Below are positions 36,330 to 47,817 of a stretch of 64,000 bases of DNA, piece by piece. The notes beneath the pieces were generated by a model. The model worked only from the letters and a program-made list of their open reading frames with translations, was not told the origin of the DNA and did not search any database. The position numbers were made by a program, and so were the translations under genes. Location of the stretch: contig NC_042997.1 of assembly GCF_006345805.1 (NCBI RefSeq), positions 153,450,001 to 153,514,000 on the forward strand, in the 5' to 3' direction. The first letter of the stretch is position 1, and each line of letters begins with the position of its first letter. This stretch comes from Octopus sinensis. Lineage: Eukaryota.

Positions 36330-36520
36330 GGAGAAGTGGAGCGCAGTCACTAAGAGGAGGGGCTGTGTTGAGTCCGTGTGGGCTTAGAGTCCGTAGAAGG
36401 AATATGAACCGTTGTGTGGGGCAAGGCCAAACACCGAGATGTCATCGGGAGAATGGCTGGCCGAGCGGAAGTGCCGTGCGACGGGAGAATTGGAAAGTAG
36501 ACGAACATCTCGCAGATGCA
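36330..36520 (-). mobile_element. Penelope GIY-YIG C-terminal remnant
   Basis: HLRDVRLLSNSPVARHFRSASHSPDDISVFGL (cf. EHLRD...PVARHF....HS..D..V.GL). Confidence 0.7.
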
Positions 36521-36589
36521 TATATGTATATATATGTATGTATGTATATGTATGTATATATGTACGTATGTATATAAATTTATACATAC

Positions 36590-36745
36590 ATACTTACATA
36601 CGACGGGCTTACACACACTTCTATCTACTATACTTAAACGGCTTCGATCAACAGGTACTATAATAAAACCCACTTGACCAAAGTGCCGCTGATTCGGAAA
36701 CGACGTGGTTTTGAATCGAGCTTTTTAACCAGACAGTCATGCCAG
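36590..36745 (-). mobile_element. Degenerate CORE-like SINE
   Basis: Minus strand CTGTCTGGTTAAAAAGCT...GCGGCACTTTGGTCAAGTG...AAGCCCGTCGTATG. Confidence 0.5.
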
Positions 36746-37030
36746 CCTCCAATTATCAAAAAATATACTTATACAAAAGTATACAACTCAGGATGTAGAC
36801 ATGGTCCGTCTACGTACCATATTCATAGACGAATTGACAAACTTAAGTTGCATAGGAAAGCGCACAGAATACAAGTTTTATTGCAGAACCAGCGGTAGTT
36901 GTGGTGTAAGAATACAGAAAAGGAAGAAAAGAAACTGCTGTAAAGAAAAAAACTGGGGAAATAATAAATTCTTTAAAATGTAGAAATTTGAACTTTGGAA
37001 TAAGAAGAGGATTATTGAAAGTAAACACGG

Positions 37031-37426
37031 GTGTGTATGTTCTACCTGAGAGGTTCCTGCTGGCATGGAAAGGAAGGTGCAGGCTGCCGCTTTGCACATC
37101 GGGGACCCTGCCACAGAGACACGAGGCAGATGGACAAACCATCAACACAAAGAAAAGGGATGGACCACGCACCACCTGCCCCAAAGCGGAGGTACGCAGA
37201 TGTTGTGCGCGCCACAAACCGCCAACATGATGTTGTCGAAAGAGCAGCTGCTGAGCCAACAATCTTTTTGTGCATGGCACAAAAGATTGTACAGCAGCTG
37301 ACCTGGCTTCATCAAACCCAAGCCCGCAGGTGGGACTACCCACTATATACCAGACCACCACAGCAAACAGACACAGGATGGACACCGCCGGCAACAACGT
37401 ACACCTCACCTCGATGCTCCTACTGA
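37031..37426 (+). CDS. CR1 ORF1 C-terminal part with a CCCH-type zinc finger (5'-truncated)
   Basis: C-x7-C-x8-C-x3-H (CMFYLRGSCWHGKEGAGCRFAH); frame conserved in the diverged copy at 52225-52735. Confidence 0.65.
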   Translation: MCMFYLRGSCWHGKEGAGCRFAHRGPCHRDTRQMDKPSTQRKGMDHAPPAPKRRYADVVRATNRQHDVVERAAAEPTIFLCMAQKIVQQLTWLHQTQARRWDYPLYTRPPQQTDTGWTPPATTYTSPRCSY

Positions 37427-40374
37427 ACATCAGAGGACTGCAAACACTCAGTAACAGGACAAAGATCCCGTTCCTGAGAGACTTTGTTGCATGCAATCAA
37501 GCCTTATGCATAGCACTTACAGAAACGCACCTGAAACCGGACATAGCAGATGCGGAGTTACACATACCACAGTATGCTGTACTACGGATAGACAGGAAAG
37601 AAAGGAGTCATGGAGGTGTTGCTATGTACATCCGTGAGGACCTCACACCCCAGGTCCTCTTGTCATACTCAAACTCGGTGTGTGACACACTAATTGTACA
37701 TATTAGGCAACTTGATGTAGTTGTGTGTGCTACATATCGCCCTCCAGATGCCCCAAGCCATGTGGGCAAGTTTGAAGACTGCCTTATAAAAATAGAAGAA
37801 ATTCTAACCACATTAGAACAACACATAGGTGTGCTTCTTATGGGAGACTTCAATCTGCCCAATGTCAGATGGCCCGAGGGCCTTTCTCTCCCAGGAATGA
37901 CAAGATGTGAACGAGGACAGGCGAGGTCCCTCCTGAACCTCATCAACACCCTGTACATGGAGCAGGTAATACTCCAACCAACCAGGGCAGGTAACACACT
38001 GGATCTCTGCTTCACAAATGACATGGATCTCATCCATAATGTGAAAGTGACACCGACACTACTCTCGGATCACAACATGATAGAGCTGACCATGTACGGG
38101 CCAAATGAGAGCACGGACATGCAGCCTACAAGAAACCCTCAAAATCTTTCCAGCTTGAACTACCATAAGGCAAACTGGAAACAAATTGAGAAAGAGATCC
38201 TCAAACAAAACTGGCCTAAATGTCTCTCCTCGCCAGACATCGACGTGAAACTTCAACAATTCATGTATGTAATGCAAGCCATATGCTACAAATGTGTCCC
38301 AGAGAGAAAGGCCACTGTACACAAGAACAAAATCCCCAGAGAGAGGAAAATTTTAATGAGACGGCGTACGAAATTTTCAAATCGCCTAAACAAACAGATT
38401 GAAAGCAGTGAAAAGTCCCGCCTAAAAATAAAACTGTTGGAAATCGAAAAATGTCTGCAACTCTCCCATGAAAAAAAAAGAGCAGACAAAGAAGCCTGGG
38501 CTATAGAAAACATAAAATCTAACCCCAGAGCTTTCTACAGGTATGCCAAAGAAACAGCTACAGTGCACTGTAGAATAGGGCCACTCCTCGAAAAGGATGG
38601 CACACTTACAGGAAAACCAATGAGGGTAAGTGAAATACTGAATGAGCAATTCAAGAGTGTTTTCACTCCACCCCTTGGGCATCTCCAAATCACCAATCCA
38701 ACTGACTTTTTTACCACTGCAGATATAAAATCAGAGGCGGCGACGATAGATTACATCGATATTAAGGAAGACGATGTAACCAAGGCTATAGATGAAATGA
38801 AAACAGACTCAGCTACTGGCCCCGATGGATTCCCGGCAATCCTCCTAAAAGCATGTAAGAGAGTCCTAGCAAGACCACTGCAGTTCCTCTTTCAGAGCTT
38901 CCTTGCAGCTGGCAAACTTCCAGGAAAACTGAAGGAAGGTAAAATATGCCCCATTCATAAAGGAGGTGGCAGAGCGGAAGCCAAGAACTATAGACCTATC
39001 TCTCTGACCTCACACATCAGCAAGGTCATGGAACGAATAGTCAGAAGGAAGCTGATCACCTTCCTTGAAGAGAATGACTTGCTGCCCGACACCCAACATG
39101 GTTTCCGACCAGGGAGAAGCTGTTTAACTCAGCTCCTACAACACTATGACTGGGTGCTGAAACGGCTGCTCAACCACTCAAATGTGGAAGTGATATATCT
39201 CGACTTTGCAAAGGCCTTTGATAAAGTCGATCATGGAATGATATGTCACAAACTGCGTGATCTCAACATAGTTGGAAAACTGGGAGAATGGCTTCATGAC
39301 CTTCTGAAGGATAGAAGTCAGGTGGTAGTAGCCAATGGGGCCACCTCCATTAACACACAAATAGTGAGCGGTGTTCCGCAGGGCACTGTTCTGGGACCAC
39401 TACTGTTCATAATGGCCCTCTCAGACATGCCCTCAGCCACGCAGAGAGCCACGATCACAAGTTATGCAGATGATACAAAAGTTTCACAGGCAATACAGAA
39501 CCCTGAGGACACTAAACACCTGCAATGTGAGCTGGACAAAATATACAAGTGGGCTGAAAAGAATAGCATGCAGTTCAATGCTGGAAAGTTTCAAGCTTTA
39601 TACTATCAGCATGCAAAACTGAATGCAATACCCAATGAATACACTGGACCCGGAGGGATTGCAATCCCAGAGGCACAATCAGTGCGTGACCTGGGTATTC
39701 ACATGAGTGATGACGCGACCTTTCATGTACATGTTGCTAAACTGACAATGAAATGTAGACGGCTGGCTGGATGGATTCTTAGAACCTTTAGAACAAGAGA
39801 ACAAGAAACCATGATGGTCCTCTGGAAGACACTTGTCCTAAGCCACTTTGACTATTGCTCTCAGTTATGGTCACCATCCAGTGTCAAGTTGATCACAGAA
39901 CTTGAGGCGATCCAACGAAGCTACACGAAGAAGATAGCCTCTATGCAGAATGTAAGCTACTGGGAAAGACTCAAGAGATTAAAATTATATTCCCTGGAGC
40001 GTAGGCGGGAAAGATATGCCATAATATACATCTGGAAGATCCTGGAGGGAAGTGTCCTGAACTTTGGCATCGAGAGTTACGCAAATGCCAGAACTGGGCG
40101 CCACTGCGTGGTGCCTAGGACTCCAAACCTGCCATCAAGATGTAGGACAAGATTCTGTGATAGCCTGGGCTTCCGAGGCCTACAGCTCTTCAATATCCTC
40201 CCGAAGAACCTGAGAGACCTGCATGGGGTGGATACAGATGTCTTTAAAATGAAGCTGGATCTCTTCCTGTCAGGTGTCCCAGATGAACCAACTTCACGGC
40301 AGGAGGGGCAAATGAGGGCAGCTGCATCGAACTCTCTCATGCACCAAATAGCAGTTGCTAGAAAGCCCCCATGA
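37270..40374 (+). CDS. CR1 ORF2: AP endonuclease plus reverse transcriptase (1034 aa; first in-frame ATG at 37378)
   Basis: APE NIRGL, TETH, YRPP, GDFN, SDH; RT YRPISL, QHGFRPGRSC, YLDFAKAFDKV, GVPQGTVLGP, YADD; CR1-type C-terminus LFNILP...FKMKLDLFLSGVPDEP; no stops. Confidence 0.97.
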   Translation: MHGTKDCTAADLASSNPSPQVGLPTIYQTTTANRHRMDTAGNNVHLTSMLLLNIRGLQTLSNRTKIPFLRDFVACNQALCIALTETHLKPDIADAELHIPQYAVLRIDRKERSHGGVAMYIREDLTPQVLLSYSNSVCDTLIVHIRQLDVVVCATYRPPDAPSHVGKFEDCLIKIEEILTTLEQHIGVLLMGDFNLPNVRWPEGLSLPGMTRCERGQARSLLNLINTLYMEQVILQPTRAGNTLDLCFTNDMDLIHNVKVTPTLLSDHNMIELTMYGPNESTDMQPTRNPQNLSSLNYHKANWKQIEKEILKQNWPKCLSSPDIDVKLQQFMYVMQAICYKCVPERKATVHKNKIPRERKILMRRRTKFSNRLNKQIESSEKSRLKIKLLEIEKCLQLSHEKKRADKEAWAIENIKSNPRAFYRYAKETATVHCRIGPLLEKDGTLTGKPMRVSEILNEQFKSVFTPPLGHLQITNPTDFFTTADIKSEAATIDYIDIKEDDVTKAIDEMKTDSATGPDGFPAILLKACKRVLARPLQFLFQSFLAAGKLPGKLKEGKICPIHKGGGRAEAKNYRPISLTSHISKVMERIVRRKLITFLEENDLLPDTQHGFRPGRSCLTQLLQHYDWVLKRLLNHSNVEVIYLDFAKAFDKVDHGMICHKLRDLNIVGKLGEWLHDLLKDRSQVVVANGATSINTQIVSGVPQGTVLGPLLFIMALSDMPSATQRATITSYADDTKVSQAIQNPEDTKHLQCELDKIYKWAEKNSMQFNAGKFQALYYQHAKLNAIPNEYTGPGGIAIPEAQSVRDLGIHMSDDATFHVHVAKLTMKCRRLAGWILRTFRTREQETMMVLWKTLVLSHFDYCSQLWSPSSVKLITELEAIQRSYTKKIASMQNVSYWERLKRLKLYSLERRRERYAIIYIWKILEGSVLNFGIESYANARTGRHCVVPRTPNLPSRCRTRFCDSLGFRGLQLFNILPKNLRDLHGVDTDVFKMKLDLFLSGVPDEPTSRQEGQMRAAASNSLMHQIAVARKPP

Positions 40375-41519
40375 AGTGAAACCAAGTAGCAACACCAAAT
40401 GGCGGTGCCCCAGCATGGCCACAGCTCATAAGCTGAAACTAGAATCAATCAATCAATCAATCAATCATATAAGTATATGAGGTTAAGGGAAGCAGAACTT
40501 TGCAGAGAAGTTATGATTGTAGAATGTCGAGAATGGGTATTTTATAGAGTTATATTGGAAAATAACGAAATATGCTGACTTAACGGGTTAAGATATCTAA
40601 ATGTTTAAACGGTCGAAAACTGAAGCATCATTTGAGAAATAAAAATTTTAAGACTAAATCAATCGTTGCAGAAGTATAGCAAGTTAAAGTGCCTAAAAGT
40701 TAAATAAAAATAATTAAATAAACGAAGACACAAATATGTTAATTTTTCACAAACTCTTTATTATAAGCATTTAGAGACACTCCTTCAATAAACATGCATT
40801 CATATGTCTCACCAAACAACACACTCAACAAAACTGATCACGTGTGTTCAAGCAGACGTTGCCTACAAAACAAAATGCTCAAAAATGCTATTGATTACTC
40901 CTAGAAAAAGGTGCTTCTTTTCTGCTCCCCAAAGTGAATGAAGCCAGAAGGAAATGATGTTATCAAACGATATCCAACGATCATCGGATGTTTAGACCTT
41001 GTACCGTAACCCCCATCTCGTTGGTGAGTCAACAGAGGTGGCCAAATCAATATTCCTTATCTCTTTCTTGCTTCTAGCTTAACTTCTCTCTCTTGCTTCA
41101 TGACTAGCAAGAAGCTCTTTCTGCTGCATTTCCCACCCTGCGTACAACCAACCTTCGCTCTTTTCCTGAAACGTTTAGGTTCAGAAGATACATTTAACAA
41201 ATTTATACCGAATCACACCGACAAGCATTTGAAATTTCATGATACTCTAGTACCAGTTATAAAATATAAAATGAATGTATAGACATATTACACCACACAT
41301 TCGCACTTTTGCAAACCCACTCAAGCAAATTTACAAGCATCAACATAATGGTTAAACTTTTGCTTCAGTCTGTCGAAATAGTATATCCTATATTCTAAGC
41401 AAAAAGTCCTGTTATCGTTCTCGTCTCTGCTCACTATGATACTTGTGTCTTGGTGCTCCTTGGTGGGTTAGTGATCCTGTATAAATTTCTACTGTAAAAT
41501 ATAATTTATGCCCCCCCTC

Positions 41520-41585
41520 ACACACACATACACACATACATACATACATACATACATACATACATACATACATACATACATACGG
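41520..41585. repeat. (CATA)n microsatellite
   Basis: Direct reading. Confidence 0.95.
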
Positions 41586-42304
41586 TTCGTAGACAACTCA
41601 ATTGATGTGTATAAGAATAACAACCATTTCTTCTCAGAGCGTAGTTTCGATATGTGGACCCCTCCGTTGTGGGCTGAGTGCGCCTTTAGTGCATCACTCC
41701 ACATAATGAGTGATTTTGTTGATATTTAATGTACTATTTCTTATATTGTCTGTTCTGGGTTGCATTACTTCTATTTATATCATACATTTGTTATCCATTC
41801 ATTTATCTATTTCTATGCACCGAACCGTTTCAAATGTACGAAATGCAGTAAGTACACAGTGCATACTGCCGCATTGGGATGTCCTTGTACTTATTGAAAG
41901 ACGACGTTTCACTCTGCTGATACTCTGGAAGTTATATTTTGTAAATCACATGCATAGATCAATGCGTGCAAATATTTCTGGGTGTTTGTTCGTTTGCCAA
42001 TTCTGTAATTGGAATTTCCACAATGCAGAGTGTGACTGTATACACACGTGCGAATATACACATACCCCTTCCACACACACCTCATCATGAACATATAAGG
42101 AAGGATGCTCTGCAGGATTTTAGGAGTATATTTGGAAGACCATCTTTTCCTTGAGTCGATCTTCAGTCAAAATCATTTATTAATTCGAATATATTCTGTT
42201 CTATTAAGTTTAAATGTGAAAGGTTACCGTGGGAAAATATACTTTTGTGTGGCTGTTTTAGTAGATATTTCGCTTTTAAGCGATATTGCTTTTTTTTTCA
42301 GTTC

Positions 42305-42375
42305 GTTAAGCTGGCAAGATGACCCGTACGGAAAATCTGTGTAGGAGATTCCGTACGTGTCATCTTGACATTGAC
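42305..42375 (+). ncRNA. Candidate pre-miRNA-like hairpin
   Basis: 23 Watson-Crick pairs over 42312-42370 with a 7-nt loop, plus a lower GTTAA/TTGAC stem; no expression evidence. Confidence 0.35.
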
Positions 42376-43261
42376 ACAGACAGACTTTTGATTCGGTACT
42401 TAGCGAACAACGAGGAGAGCTGAAGGAAGCCTTTGGATATGACATTATTCGCTTAACTGTTGTGAGTTCTTTCTTTGATCTTTCTTCTTCATAAGCGTTT
42501 AGTAATGTAATACCATTGATTTTTTTTTTTAATCTTCTTCCCTTTTGGTTTTATGCGCTTCAGAACATTTTTTTGTTGAGGTTTTATTCATATTCCACTG
42601 TCTCCTCCTGAGGGTTCGCTTTTTACAGGAAACACTATGTTTTGTATTATTTTGACGTATAAAAGGAGGTTGAAATTTCAAAGAGACCGTGATATTTAAT
42701 AGAGAATAAACCAAAATTTCTTTATTTTGAATTATCTGGTATTATCACGTATAAGCAATCGATTTTTCGCACATGAGCCTAGATAACATTTTGATAAGTT
42801 TGAGGACTTGGCTGAGAACTAAGATTGTCTATATTATTGATTTTATCTTAAAACACGCTTCATTTTAACGCTTTCTAAGCAAAATTATTTTATGAAGTAC
42901 TTGATAATCGTATACTAACAGTTTCCCTTAATTATTCATTTCACAGACGAGCGATTTGAGTCTGTATCTGCGTAATGTAGGTTTTCCTTTAGTTTCTCAA
43001 AAGATGAGCAATTGTTTTTAGATGACCGGTTATATATAGATAATTGATTATATAACTTTGTTTCAACATTAAGTCTTTAAATTATTCAATGAAGTATTTT
43101 TTAAAGATTTAATTCTTGGGTATTTATATTTAGTGCAATGATGAGTTCATCATGTCGATGAAGACCGTATCTTAAAACGCACATAAACGTATATATATAT
43201 ATATAGGACTGATGACATCGAAGAATGCAATGGAAACAAGAGCATGGCTCTGCACAACACA

Positions 43262-43357
43262 TTAAATTCTTTGGAAAAAAGTATCGAATGTATACGAAAA
43301 CAAGGACGGAAAAACAGACGATGTTACACGAATATAAATACAAAAATACAAGAATAC

Positions 43358-43401
<44 letters not shown>

Positions 43402-43550
43402 GACATAACAACAGTGATTGTGGTCACTGCTACATCGATATTCTTCCCCGTGTTCTTGAAAATTTTGTACCTCTGCCGTAAGGCTTCATTTCCGCATACG
43501 CCAGTTGAATTCAATTCGTCCCCAGTCGAAAGACACCTGTTGTTATGTCC

Positions 43551-43592
<42 letters not shown>

Positions 43593-43711
43593 CATTATTA
43601 TTATTATTATTATTATTATTTTACTGTATTTTTGTATTTATATTCGTGTAACATCGTCTGTTTTCCCGTCCTTGTTTTCATAAACCTTCGATGCTTTTTT
43701 CCAAGAAATCT
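43262..43711. repeat. Inverted repeat pair with (AAT)n/(ATT)n inner ends (probable Penelope pLTR derivative)
   Basis: Arms 43262-43398 and 43552-43711, about 90% identical by eye, with a 150-bp spacer; decayed CTGATGA...GAAAC at 43209-43237. Confidence 0.75.
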
Positions 43712-43931
43712 AACGCTCTTAGCTTAATTTTTCCTTGGGGCTGGCCAGATTGGAGCAATCTCAAGATTACTCAGCCGAAATTGCGAGCATGATCCGGTTC
43801 TTGACTAAGGATAAAAAGCTTCGAATGACCTTTTTTTTGTTTTTGTTTTTTGCATCGTCTATCTGGATGTTTTGTTGTCCCCTTTTGTGTCACCTAGTTG
43901 TCCGGATATTTTGCGTTCTTATCCCATTTTG

Positions 43932-43975
<44 letters not shown>

Positions 43976-44030
43976 TAATATATATATATATAATATATAT
44001 ATATAGCGGCGTACATACACTTTGTTCTCT

Positions 44031-44075
<45 letters not shown>

Positions 44076-44076
44076 A

Positions 44077-44128
44077 TGGGGTAGCTGTGTGGTAAGTAGT
44101 TTGCTTCCCAACCACATGGTTCTGGGTT
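44077..44128 (+). mobile_element. Truncated SINE head
   Basis: AGCTGTGTGGTAAGTAGTTTGCTTCCCAACCACATGGTTCTGGGTT matches the 29511 SINE head. Confidence 0.7.
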
Positions 44129-44251
44129 ATGATAATTCAGTTGATTCGTATATCATATCTTGTGTCCCCAATCGGTGAATTATTGTTTCCACAGCATGAA
44201 ACTTTTAGTAGTTCATATCTAAGTATTGTGGATATTAAATGAAAAACTGTA

Positions 44252-44284
<33 letters not shown>

Positions 44285-46861
44285 ATCTACATTGCTCAAT
44301 GTGTCGTTTCTTTAAGGAGGTGGAGTGCGTGTCGAATAAATTCGACTGTTATTTCTAGCAAGTCAAGTGTCCACATATATTTTCCTCTGTTAGATTTGAA
44401 ATGGCTGCAAATCAATCCCGTGTTTGATGTTGTCTGGTCGACAACGAGTTACTAACTAAACGTTTTTAGAAGTCTTGAGATACAACATTTATTTTCTCTT
44501 AGCGTAACACAAATATAAATCACTCTCCATTGTGTAAGGTATAAAAATGTATAAAACGTTAAAAATTACTGGGAAAAAGTCGATTCTTGAGTAAATAATA
44601 TGGTAGATGTTCCTGTTAGCATTTAGACTTCTTATAATAAGCAGCAGTTTTATATTAACAACCGAATCAGAGACAAGATGAAATGCTGTGGTCTATAATT
44701 GATCATGTTTGTGATGTGTCACCACAAACTCTAGCGTAGTGCTTAGCAGCCAAGGTTACTAAAGTATGTTGTACGCCATTCTGTCTCCGATCACTAAGAT
44801 TTTTATTTGTATTTTAAAATGAGTGTGTGTCTGTATGTGCTGACATAAGTGGATAAACGACAAATCCTACTCATTCTATCAAGCAAATTCTAAACTATGC
44901 TAGATCACGGTTTCAGTGCTAACCAAACATGGCAACAGTTATCAATCCTATACATGTACACAATATACACATTGAGAATATTCATTTGATCCCGGTGCTT
45001 TTGTGAAAATAAAGTGTTTACTTATCTATGGTTTCATTATAGACAGGGAAAAATCCCTTCGCCGGAAATATAGTTCGATTAGCGGCAAATAACAATATTT
45101 CCTTCTGAAGGATGCACTATGATGGTCTTGATGAAAAATCGATAAAGTAATATAAATGTTCGACGAGTTGTATAACAATTGCACAAATATATTGGTATTT
45201 TCAATATTTGTCATTCTAGAAATAATAAACATTATCTCTTCTCTTGTCCTTGCATTTACTGTTTAGTTTTCTTCTCGCAGATGTTCTATGCTGAATAAAC
45301 GCAATTGATTTCACACGAGTGCACATGAACCAATTGATTGAGTATTTGACATTGTGAACCTTTAATGGCTGTTCATTTGTTGATGTTACTGTTGCTGTTG
45401 TTTTTGTTGTTGATGAATAATCCGAGGTCAGCTGAGATCGGGCAGAGCAATGGCATGTAGACAGTCGGTCGCACAACTAGATGCGACCCATTCAGTTGAG
45501 AACCACATTGCACATAGTGTAGTCAACTGTATTGGATACAGGATGACAGCTGGATATGTTGAACTAAATTCACTGTTCACTCTACTTATGAAATGAGCAG
45601 TACATAAATATCCAGTTTTTTACTTACTACTGTTGTTGCTGTTGTTGTTCTACCCCAGGTCAACCCAAATGGAGATCTAGGAACGCAGGCATTTCAGCCA
45701 TGACAGTCCTGTTTTTTTTTAAGGGGTGTCTGAGAATACATTATTGAATTTGCCCGTTCAGTTTTAAGATAGAGTCCGATAAGACAACTGGCTGGTGTAG
45801 CTTCTGTAGATGCTAATGGAATGGGGACACAGTGGAAAAGAGCAAGATGAACTCGGTCAGAGCGTGACAATTATAGTCATTTTGAATTTATTTAAATGGA
45901 TTAAATATTGGTATGTATAACAAGACGATTTACAGTGATATGAGGGTTAAATTTGCAAATGATAGAATTAATTAAAGGCTTACCTTTGAGCTCCAAAAAT
46001 CGAACATTTTTGGTTTAATACTGCCCAGTAATCTAAATGATAAAAAAAAACTCATTTTTTTGCCAATATTTTTGTAGAGCTACAAATAAATTCAATTAAA
46101 GTTTAACTTAAACCACCAAAATATTACATGAACATATTTAATTTATCCTCGAGGAATGAAAGGTAATGCATTACACCGTCATGTTTTGAACCCAATATTA
46201 GACTCAATGCTTTCGTTTTTAGTCTAAAGTTCTACTATTACGATAATTGCTGCCAATCTTAAGCAGGTGAATTTATATTAAAAAGTACATGATTTAAATG
46301 CGTTAAAGTTGAGGCAGTGGTTTATTAGAAATGCTAATTTCATCAGTAGTATAGTGCCGAATGTGAGAGCTTATGATAGCGTCGGGTTTTTATATGTGTA
46401 TTTTATTAGCTGTGGTCGATTAAACGTCAGTAGAGCAATTTATGGTCATCACTGAAATCATGCTTAGATCTGACGAATTATTAATGTAACAGCTTCATGA
46501 CATTATAATAAATGGCATATAGGTGTTCATTTGAAGTATGGAATTATCTTAGTGATAGCCAAATGCATTGCAGAATTTTGATTTAGCATTCATCTATTTA
46601 GGTAAAATAGATTTTAACAAACGCTTTGAAAAATGGATAATAAAATGCAGAACACGAGGAAACTAATGGTTATCTGTGTCAACAAAAACCGTTTAGAAAG
46701 TTCATAAATTCTGAATAAGTTCGTTTGCCGTAGGGACTTGTCAATTTTAACGTTTCGTATAAAGACTTTTCGCACAAAAGAAATGTTAGTTGTGCGGGAT
46801 TTCTTACAAATCAGAGAGCACTGTCTTTTGAATGGACGTAACTAAATTCAATACCTATATG

Positions 46862-46862
46862 C

Positions 46863-46952
<90 letters not shown>
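46862..46952. repeat. (CT)n microsatellite
   Basis: Direct reading. Confidence 0.97.
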
Positions 46953-46953
<1 letters not shown>

Positions 46954-47256
46954 AACACCATTGATCTCTTTCTCACATTCAAACATTTCTTGCGAGATTT
47001 ATTTTTACTGTTCCTGCACCTATTGAATTATCCGACTACTACCTTATATCGCAACTATTCATCTAACATCAACATATACACAGCACCCTCCACCTCCCAG
47101 ACTCTACTGTGGTATTTCAATTCATATGCTGAAGTTACAGTCTCTCTATTCTGTCTCTGCAGTATATCATGAACAGCTAAAGGGGAGATCGAAACCATCT
47201 TGTTGGTAGGTCTCTCCACATCCCAAAGTATCAATTCTTACACTTTATTATTATTA

Positions 47257-47305
<49 letters not shown>

Positions 47306-47817
47306 GAGTGAGAGAGCAGTGCATGTCATCAAAGTGACACTGGGTTAAAATATACGAAGCCCAGCATACCCATCATGACTACCCTTCTGATAAGGGTACA
47401 CTAAGCACATGCATCACAACCATATGTGCGTGACATGGTGATCTCATATCAAGATAAACAGCACATGACCTTTCAGGTGGGGCCTAGTTATAATGTTCTT
47501 CTGGTCGAGTAGCCCATCCTGCTCAAAGATCCCTGAATAAGGATAGTTTAAGGATGTTGAACAAAACACCCATGTTTCCAGAGGTGAAATATTCAAACCC
47601 CAAAGAATCTCTCTCAACACATGGCTATGGTGCTCTCCCTCTACTTCTGCTCGTGATCATAGATGCACATATTGTCAGCCACTAAGGGACATGGTCAACT
47701 AGTTAAGGTGAAACAACTGACAAGCAAATCTGTAGTATTGAGCAGAATATTTGCTGTATCCCATCTTTTATACCAAGACAAAACAATGTACATGATAACA
47801 CTTCCAATCAGTTAAGA

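Larger units (their letters stand above)
37025..40467 (+). mobile_element. Young CR1-clade LINE, 5'-truncated in ORF1, with intact ORF2
   Basis: Homology to the 51-52 kb copy starts at about 37025; 3' UTR GGCGGTGCCCCAGCATGGCC...CTGAAACTAG and (AATC)n tail; no TSD recognised. Confidence 0.96.

Noticed and set aside
37608-38717. Antisense and alternative-frame ORFs over the CR1 ORF2 (also 13057-13389, 51278-52069)
   Set aside because: Shadow ORFs of the LINE coding strand with no independent motifs.
43735-43830. GC-richer stretch superficially like an rRNA fragment
   Set aside because: No rRNA signature sequence recognised; it lies within the pLTR-like repeat region.
45216-45476. Possible minus-strand exon (TSDYSSTTKTTATVTSTNEQPLKVHN...)
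   Set aside because: Only modest splice signals, partly driven by a GTT repeat, and no recognisable domain.
46460-46500. CTGACGA-ATTATTAAT-GTAAC hammerhead-like string
   Set aside because: GAAA core altered, stem III incomplete and stem I interrupted; too decayed to call.
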